Source: Oligoflexales bacterium (lineage in GTDB: Bacteria > Bdellovibrionota_B > Oligoflexia > Oligoflexales > Bog-1112). From it: 12,128 bases of DNA. Positions 5,931-12,128 of the stretch are shown here, one piece after another (within the stretch, counting starts at the first letter, position 1; each line of letters begins with the position of its first letter). Under the pieces are notes generated by a model. That model was not told the DNA's origin, did not search any database, and saw nothing but the letters and a program-made list of their open reading frames with translations. Location of the stretch: positions 1 to 12,128 of the forward strand of contig JBGCDR010000265.1 in NCBI GenBank assembly GCA_045105515.1, given 5' to 3'. A program made the position numbers and the translations under genes.

Positions 5931-7394
5931 GTGACGCTAAGAAACGAAGCCAAGATCGCCATTATTGGGGCAGGCGCTAGCGGCCTTCCCTTATGCAAAG
6001 AGTTGTATGAACACCAACTTGACTTTGTCTGTTATGAAGCAAGTGACAGAGTAGGAGGTAATTGGGTCTTTAAAAACAATAACAATATGTCAGCTGCCTA
6101 CCGTTCCTTACATATCAATACCTCTCGTAAAAAAATGGAATATGCTGATTATCCCATGCCCAAAAGTTTGCCTGATTTTCCACATCATTCACAAATAGCT
6201 GAATACCTAGAAAACTATGTTAATTATTTTGGCTTTCGAGAAAAAATCAGATTCAATACTAAGGTTAAGAATGCAAAAAAACAGTCAAATGGACGTTGGC
6301 GACTTGAAACAAGTGAAGGCGAAGTTAAATTTTATGATTTGCTCGTGGTTGCAAATGGTCACCACTGGAATCCTAAGTTTCCTGAGACCGAGGCAAAGGG
6401 AAATTTTTCCGGGACTAAAATTCATTCACATCAATATATTGACCCAGAAGAACCAATGAGCTGCAAAGGAAAGAACATTGTCATTGTAGGCCTTGGCAAC
6501 TCAGCCGTGGATATCGCATGCGAATTAAGCCAGAAAGCCCTTGGAAATAAAGTTTTTCTATCAGTTAGAAGACCAACCCATATTCTCCCTAAACACATTT
6601 TTGGCATGCCTATCGACAATTTTTTAAGGCATCCGGCAGCTAAACCTAAACTTATTGAATACTTGCTTCCAGAATTTATCGTTAACAAGATTGTGCTGCC
6701 AAGCTTCAGCAAGATCTTAGATTTATTGATTGGAAAACCTGAAATTTTCGGTCTAAAATCTCCTTCACACCCCTTAGGGCATACTCATCCAACCATATCT
6801 AGTGAAATCCACACCAGATTGATTAGCGGGGATATTATTCCAAAATCAAGCATTAAAAGATTTGCTGAAAACATGGTCTTTTTTGCAGATGGAACTTGTG
6901 AAAAAGTAGATCAGATCATTTATGCTACTGGATATAAAATTAGCTTTCCTTTTTTCGACGACGATTTTCTCGATTTCAAAGATAATGATCTCGCACTCTA
7001 TCAGCGGATGCTACACCCAGATCATAGAAATCTGCTGTTTATCGGACTGGTACAGCCACTCTGTTCGATTCTGCCCATAGCAGAGATACAAGCAAAATGG
7101 ATGGCTTATTACCTGAGTGGTTTGTACCAAGCTCCAAAACACATGCAGATGTTAGAAGCATCGCAAGAGTTACATCAAAGTATGAAGAATAAGTATGTAA
7201 CTTCCAAAAGGCATACCATTCAGATAGACTGTATGGCTTATTCACGAGCTTTAAATAAAGATCTAAAGCAAGGCTTTAAACGGGCGAAAAAAGCTGGTTT
7301 CATCAAGCCATATGGACAGTCTGAGCCCGATATTACAAGACCCCGACAAGCAAGTAACTTATACCATGGTCCCGAAGGAGAAGCAATGCCTTAA
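5931..7394 (+). CDS. Flavin-containing monooxygenase (class B flavoprotein monooxygenase, FMO type)
   Basis: FAD Rossmann motif GAGASG, GGNW, FMO fingerprint FSGTKIHSHQY (FxGxxxHxxxY), NADPH Rossmann motif VGLGNSA and YATGY. GTG start with AGGAGG at 5918-5923. Confidence 0.93.
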   Translation: MTLRNEAKIAIIGAGASGLPLCKELYEHQLDFVCYEASDRVGGNWVFKNNNNMSAAYRSLHINTSRKKMEYADYPMPKSLPDFPHHSQIAEYLENYVNYFGFREKIRFNTKVKNAKKQSNGRWRLETSEGEVKFYDLLVVANGHHWNPKFPETEAKGNFSGTKIHSHQYIDPEEPMSCKGKNIVIVGLGNSAVDIACELSQKALGNKVFLSVRRPTHILPKHIFGMPIDNFLRHPAAKPKLIEYLLPEFIVNKIVLPSFSKILDLLIGKPEIFGLKSPSHPLGHTHPTISSEIHTRLISGDIIPKSSIKRFAENMVFFADGTCEKVDQIIYATGYKISFPFFDDDFLDFKDNDLALYQRMLHPDHRNLLFIGLVQPLCSILPIAEIQAKWMAYYLSGLYQAPKHMQMLEASQELHQSMKNKYVTSKRHTIQIDCMAYSRALNKDLKQGFKRAKKAGFIKPYGQSEPDITRPRQASNLYHGPEGEAMP

Positions 7395-7426
7395 AGAACC
7401 AGGGCTGAACATGAAGAGGTCACAAA

Positions 7427-8080
7427 ATGAAAATTTCATTACCCCCAAAGCCGTCAAAACGGGAGGTGAAGAAGAAAACTAATTATGACAGGATTGTTAA
7501 TGCTGCTAAAATAGCTTTCCTTGCTCAAGGATTTGAGGCTACCACCATAAGGGACATCATTCGTCAAAGTGGCCTTGCACCGGGGACATTTTACAATTAT
7601 TTTCCTGACAAAGAGTCAGTTTTTCGTGTTATTGTAGATCACTATTTATTAGTACTATCAGAAAAATTGAAAAAAACAAGACGAGCAGCTGATAGCTTAC
7701 AAGCATATATTGAGCCCACTTTTTTAATGTTTTTCAAGCACATTGGTGATAACAGCGAACTATATTGCTTAACTCGGAGAAATGAATCAGCACTCACTTC
7801 ATTTTACCAGAGTTCTCTTATGGAAATGATTTGGCAAGAACTAATTGCTGATATTGAACAAGCAGTTGTTAACTGTATCATACCTAAGCTTGATTCTCAG
7901 CTCCTAGCTGCAAGCTTTATAGGGCTGGGTCATGAACTTGCCCGTTTGCTAGTAAAGGAAAAACAACATACACCAGAAGAGATGGCAGATTTTGCTAGCA
8001 AGATGTTTATTGGTGGACTAGCACACTATCAAAAAAACGAAGATCTATCTAATCATCGCGAACATCAGATATTTAACTAA
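7427..8080 (+). CDS. TetR/AcrR family transcriptional regulator
   Basis: N-terminal HTH signature [44 protein letters not shown], followed by a helical C-terminal domain. RBS GAGG upstream. Confidence 0.93.
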   Translation: MKISLPPKPSKREVKKKTNYDRIVNAAKIAFLAQGFEATTIRDIIRQSGLAPGTFYNYFPDKESVFRVIVDHYLLVLSEKLKKTRRAADSLQAYIEPTFLMFFKHIGDNSELYCLTRRNESALTSFYQSSLMEMIWQELIADIEQAVVNCIIPKLDSQLLAASFIGLGHELARLLVKEKQHTPEEMADFASKMFIGGLAHYQKNEDLSNHREHQIFN

Positions 8081-8115
8081 CTAGCTATAAAGTGATAATA
8101 AGAAAGGATGACTCT

Positions 8116-9321
8116 ATGACAGACGCTTACATTATCGATGCAATTCGCACACCACGAGGAAAAGGAAAAGCAGATGGAAGATTACATCAAGTAAAACCCA
8201 TAGACTTAGCCACCCAAGTCTTAGATGGCTTAAAGCAACGCAACCAGCTTGATACTGCACAAGTAAATGATGTGATCATAGGCTGTGTAAGTGCTGTAGG
8301 GGAACAAGGAGCAAATATAGCAAAAACTGCAGTCCTGAAAGCTGAGTGGGATGAGTGTGTTCCAGGTTTTACCTTGAACCGATTTTGTGCATCGGGCCTG
8401 GAAGCTGTTAACCTCGGAGCCATGAAAATAAAATCAGGTTGGCAGGATCTAATCGTTGCGGGAGGTGTCGAATCTATGTCTAGGGTTCCCATGGGAAGTG
8501 ATGGTGGCCCTTGGGCATTTGACCCAGAAACTAACTATCAAAGCCAATTTGTCCCTCAGGGAATTGGTGCGGATTTAATTGCTAGTATCGAAGGATTTAA
8601 CCGGGACCAAGTAGATCAATTTGCTTATGATTCGCATCGCAAAGCACACCATGCTCAAGTAGAAGAATATTTTAAGAAATCCATCATACCCATCACCGAT
8701 CGTAATGGCATTGAACTCCTAGCACATGACGAAACAGTCAGAGATCAGTGTTCCTTAGAAGATCTAGCAAAACTCAAACCTGCATTTAAAAAAATGGGAG
8801 CAATGGGATTTGATGAGGTTCTCTTTCACAAATATCCAAAAACAAGATCAATCAATCACGTTCACACGGCAGGTAATTCTTCAGGTATTGTTGATGGAAG
8901 CTCACTCCTCTTGCTCGCAAGCAAAGATAAAGCTGCAAAACTAAACCTGCCTCTAAGAGCTAAAATCGTTTCCGCTGCAGTTACAAGCACAGAGCCAAGT
9001 ATTATGCTTACCGGTCCCGCTCCTGCTTCAAGAAAAGCACTGGATTTAGCAGGCCTAAGCGCCAAAGATATCGACTTATTCGAAGTCAACGAAGCTTTTG
9101 CTGCAGTCGTTCTCAAGTTTGCGAAAGACCTAGAAGTGCCACTTGAAAAAATAAATGTAAATGGCGGGGCGATCGCAATGGGACATCCTTTAGGAGCAAC
9201 AGGAGCAATGCTACTGGGAAGTCTTCTTGACGAACTAGAAAGAACAAACAAACGCTATGGCTTGTGCACCCTATGTGTGGGTGGAGGAATGGGCGTAGCT
9301 ACAATCATCGAACGAATTTAA
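8116..9321 (+). CDS. fadA: Acetyl-CoA C-acyltransferase (3-ketoacyl-CoA thiolase)
   Basis: Motifs [15 protein letters not shown] (catalytic Cys), [13 protein letters not shown] and LCVGGG. The likely start is ATG 8116, after AAAGGA at 8103-8108; the ORF track starts at GTG 8092. Confidence 0.93.
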   Translation: MTDAYIIDAIRTPRGKGKADGRLHQVKPIDLATQVLDGLKQRNQLDTAQVNDVIIGCVSAVGEQGANIAKTAVLKAEWDECVPGFTLNRFCASGLEAVNLGAMKIKSGWQDLIVAGGVESMSRVPMGSDGGPWAFDPETNYQSQFVPQGIGADLIASIEGFNRDQVDQFAYDSHRKAHHAQVEEYFKKSIIPITDRNGIELLAHDETVRDQCSLEDLAKLKPAFKKMGAMGFDEVLFHKYPKTRSINHVHTAGNSSGIVDGSSLLLLASKDKAAKLNLPLRAKIVSAAVTSTEPSIMLTGPAPASRKALDLAGLSAKDIDLFEVNEAFAAVVLKFAKDLEVPLEKINVNGGAIAMGHPLGATGAMLLGSLLDELERTNKRYGLCTLCVGGGMGVATIIERI

Positions 9322-9363
9322 ATCTTGACTCAATATGCTCATAAATACTGAAAGGAACAAAAC

Positions 9364-11496
9364 ATGAACGCAATAAAATACCACTGTAATTCTCAGGGTA
9401 TCCTTAATCTGACGATAGACCTACCTAAGTCAAAAGCAAACACCATGGATTCTGTATTTCGTAGCTCACTTGGGCAAGTTATAGATCGTATCACCGAAGA
9501 CAAGTCAAAGATTAAGGGCATTATTATCAGCTCTGCTAAAGAAAGCTTTTTTGCAGGGGGAGACCTCAAGGAGCTAATTGAAATTAAGCCCGATAACGTT
9601 GCTGAATTCTCAAAAACGGTTAACAAACTTAAAGGTCAATTACGTTTTCTGGAAACCTTAGGCATTCCCATAGTTGCTGCAATCAATGGATCTGCTCTAG
9701 GAGGTGGCCTCGAAATTGCGCTTGCGTGCCATCATCTGATCTGTATCGATAACGAGCATATTAAACTCGGATTACCTGAAGTCCAGCTAGGTTTACTGCC
9801 TGGAGGTGGTGGCATCGTCAGAACTACACGCAAGTTAGGCTTGGAAAAGGCTCTACCCCTTCTTATCGAAGGCCAACAGCTCAGTCCCAAACTTGCTTTA
9901 AAAATTGGCTTAATAGAGGACCTTGCTAAGGATAGAGAGGAGCTATTGTCCAAAGCTACCAAATGGATCTTAGAGCATCCTAACTCGCAAGCACTTTGGG
10001 ATCGAGAGGGATACAGGGTGCCAGGGGGAGTGCCAGCGAGTCCTAAGCTTGCACCTATGTTAAGCATTGCTCCAGCCATAGTCGCAAGTAAAACCAAGCG
10101 CTGCTATCCAGCTCCCACTGCAATTCTTTCAGTAGCAATAGAAGGCCTTCAACTTGATTTTGCGACTGCATCAAAAATCGAAACCAGCTACTTTACTTCC
10201 CTTGCGAGCGGAAAGATTTCTAAAAATATGATTGGAACTCTGTGGTTCCAGTTAAATACAATCAAAAAGTTTCGCCCCTGTGAGTCAGAAGAGGCCTTCA
10301 AACCTATAAAAGTAGGGGTGATTGGCGCAGGTATGATGGGCTCGGGTATCGCTTATGCCTGTGCAAGCAAGGGGATCACCACATATTTAAAAGATTCTCA
10401 TCTTGAGCAGGCACGAAAAGGTAAGATCTTCAGCGAAAACTTGCTCAATAAACGAATCTCCAAAGGAAAATCAAACGAAGAAAAAAAGCAAAGGATACTA
10501 GAAAAGATCATTCCGGTCGATAATTGCCAAACCTTTGCAGAGTGTGCCTTAGTAATCGAGGCTGTCCCTGAAGATCGCATGATTAAGAACACAGTTTACA
10601 AAGAAAGCCAAGAATACTTGCCAAAAACCAGCATCTTGGCATCCAACACCTCCACGCTACCAATTTCGAGCTTGGGAAGAAAAGTAAAGGATCCAAGTAA
10701 GTTTATTGGCCTACATTTCTTTTCCCCTGTACAGAGCATGAAGTTAGTAGAAATTATCGTTGGCAAAGAAACGTCAAAAGAAACCTTAGGAAAGGCATTT
10801 GATTTTGTCCTTCAGATTGGAAAAATTCCAATCATTGTTAACGATAGTCGAGGCTTTTTCACTTCAAGGGTATTTGGCACTTATGTCAATGAGGGCATGG
10901 CCATGCTTACCGAAGGTCAGGATCCAAGTGTCATCGAACGTGCAGCTAGTTTTGCAGGTTTTCCAGTCGGGCCTCTCGCCGTCAGTGATGAAGTGAGTCT
11001 AAGTTTGATGCAAACCATTAAAGCACAGACCAAAAAAGACTTAAGCAAGCTTTCACTCCCTTATCCAGCTCACCCAGCTGACGAAGTCGTCGAATACATG
11101 AACAAAATTGGTAGGGTAGGAAGGATCGAAGGTAAAGGTTTTTATACCTACGATCAGGATAAAGGTAAGAAAATCTGGGATGGTATCAGTGAGCAATTTC
11201 CAAAACAAGATGATTTGGCATTCGAAGAGATTAAAGAGCGTTTACTTTACATCCAAGCAATTGAAAGCATTCGCTGCCTTGAGGAAGAAGTTCTTACAAA
11301 AACTGAAGATGCAAATATTGGTTCCATCTTTGGCTTTGGTTTTCCTCCCTGGACAGGAGGTTGCTTACAATATGTTAACTATATTGGGCTTAAGAAATTT
11401 TGCGAACGTGCGTGCGAGTTGTGTAAACGCTATGGAGATCGTTTTGCTCCGCCTAAGATTTTGATAGAAAAAGCTGAACGGAATGAGAATTTTTAG
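9364..11496 (+). CDS. fadB: Multifunctional fatty acid oxidation complex alpha subunit (enoyl-CoA hydratase / 3-hydroxyacyl-CoA dehydrogenase)
   Basis: Crotonase domain (FFAGGDL, ALGGGLE, GLPEVQLGLLPGGGG) and dehydrogenase domain (GAGMMG, VIEAVPE, SNTSTL, GLHFFSP...LVE). 710 aa, directly downstream of the thiolase, RBS AAAGGA. Confidence 0.93.
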   Translation: MNAIKYHCNSQGILNLTIDLPKSKANTMDSVFRSSLGQVIDRITEDKSKIKGIIISSAKESFFAGGDLKELIEIKPDNVAEFSKTVNKLKGQLRFLETLGIPIVAAINGSALGGGLEIALACHHLICIDNEHIKLGLPEVQLGLLPGGGGIVRTTRKLGLEKALPLLIEGQQLSPKLALKIGLIEDLAKDREELLSKATKWILEHPNSQALWDREGYRVPGGVPASPKLAPMLSIAPAIVASKTKRCYPAPTAILSVAIEGLQLDFATASKIETSYFTSLASGKISKNMIGTLWFQLNTIKKFRPCESEEAFKPIKVGVIGAGMMGSGIAYACASKGITTYLKDSHLEQARKGKIFSENLLNKRISKGKSNEEKKQRILEKIIPVDNCQTFAECALVIEAVPEDRMIKNTVYKESQEYLPKTSILASNTSTLPISSLGRKVKDPSKFIGLHFFSPVQSMKLVEIIVGKETSKETLGKAFDFVLQIGKIPIIVNDSRGFFTSRVFGTYVNEGMAMLTEGQDPSVIERAASFAGFPVGPLAVSDEVSLSLMQTIKAQTKKDLSKLSLPYPAHPADEVVEYMNKIGRVGRIEGKGFYTYDQDKGKKIWDGISEQFPKQDDLAFEEIKERLLYIQAIESIRCLEEEVLTKTEDANIGSIFGFGFPPWTGGCLQYVNYIGLKKFCERACELCKRYGDRFAPPKILIEKAERNENF

Positions 11497-11523
11497 CCCA
11501 AAGAGGACTCTTTTTATTTGGGT
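11496..11523 (+). terminator. Possible stem-loop after fadB
   Basis: GCCCAAA (11496-11502) can pair with TTTGGGT (11517-11523). An alternative hairpin is AAAGA-GGAC-TCTTT. Both are weak and the U-tract is not canonical. Confidence 0.3.
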
Positions 11524-11548
11524 TCTTGCATATCCCTACCTTTGAATA

Positions 11549-11890
11549 ATGAACTGTCCATTTTTAGCCGCATTTTTTTTAGAATTAACTATCTGGGCTG
11601 AAATCAAGATTAAGGTTAGAGCTCAGGTATGGGATCAATTCGAAGATGAGATTGAAGACAATATAGTAGAAAATTTGGATGAAGACTTAGATGAACAAGT
11701 GAACCTCTTGCTACGGTCGCAAGCATGGGCTCAATTAGGAGGACAAATTGATTCTTGGGTTTGGGAACAAATTGAAGATCATAACTTGGATCTGACAGAA
11801 CTACTGAATCACTTGCAATTCTCGTCAGATTTTCGAAAAAGTAACTTTAAGGATTCGTTAAAAGAAGATAATCAAAAGATACTTACCTAA
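11549..11890 (+). CDS. Hypothetical acidic protein or remnant with loose QVWDQ-like periodicity
   Basis: 113-codon ORF in AT-rich DNA with biased D/E/Q/W composition (AQVWDQF, SQAWAQL, SWVWEQI). There is no recognisable RBS, so the start is uncertain. Confidence 0.45.
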   Translation: MNCPFLAAFFLELTIWAEIKIKVRAQVWDQFEDEIEDNIVENLDEDLDEQVNLLLRSQAWAQLGGQIDSWVWEQIEDHNLDLTELLNHLQFSSDFRKSNFKDSLKEDNQKILT

Positions 11891-12128
11891 TAGTTTGCCG
11901 CATCAAAGCTAAGGTATCTTCCTGTTTCTTTTTTAAATCTATTGATTTAAGTTTGGAATCATATCTTGACACCGCCTAGGTAAAGCATCAGGGTTGATTC
12001 AAGTAAGCTTTTAACCAAATTTTGAAGTACGTTAAAATGGGTTCAGCATATTTTTTTAACAAAATTTTTGTTGTCAAAAATATTTGAGATGTATTTTTTT
12101 GACTATTCAAGCATAATCTAACAATGGC

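Noticed and set aside
1665..11464. Short alternative-frame or antisense ORFs in the track (e.g. 1665..1862, 2675..2872, 3474..3710, 6217..6459, 8187..8492, 8862..9251, 9732..10097, 11180..11464)
   Set aside because: They overlap well-supported genes and have no motifs, as expected for shadow ORFs.
11974..11983. GCCTAGGTAA shared with 2037-2046, roughly flanking the lipid cluster like att sites
   Set aside because: 10-bp matches are expected by chance in 12 kb, and there is no integrase or tRNA in the window.
11988..12128. 46-codon minus-strand open frame entering from the right edge (AIVRLCLNSQ...AYLNQP)
   Set aside because: It could be the 3' end of a gene outside the window, but it is short and has no recognisable motif.

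Overview
Bacterial chromosomal window of roughly 40% GC (estimated by eye). The TIGR02147-like gene hints at Bdellovibrionota/Oligoflexia or Fibrobacterota, but this is inference only. The left end (minus strand) holds a TIGR02147/DUF4423-like HTH protein gene. It is translationally coupled to a secreted HExxH protein that ends in a few beta-barrel-like strands and may be truncated. Most of the window (2063-11496) is a lipid-catabolism cluster: a divergent HSL-family esterase, an LCAD-type acyl-CoA dehydrogenase, an AMACR-like family III CoA-transferase, a flavin-containing monooxygenase, a TetR regulator, a thiolase and a FadB-type multifunctional beta-oxidation enzyme. The most unusual non-coding sequence is the 435-bp spacer 5496-5930. 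It contains nested REP-like palindromic elements, a 66-bp tandem duplication built from five 19-bp cores spaced alternately 34 and 32 bp apart, and a candidate TetR operator overlapping a -35 box. The right end has a weak acidic ORF and no clear gene. No rRNA, tRNA, CRISPR array or intact transposase was seen.
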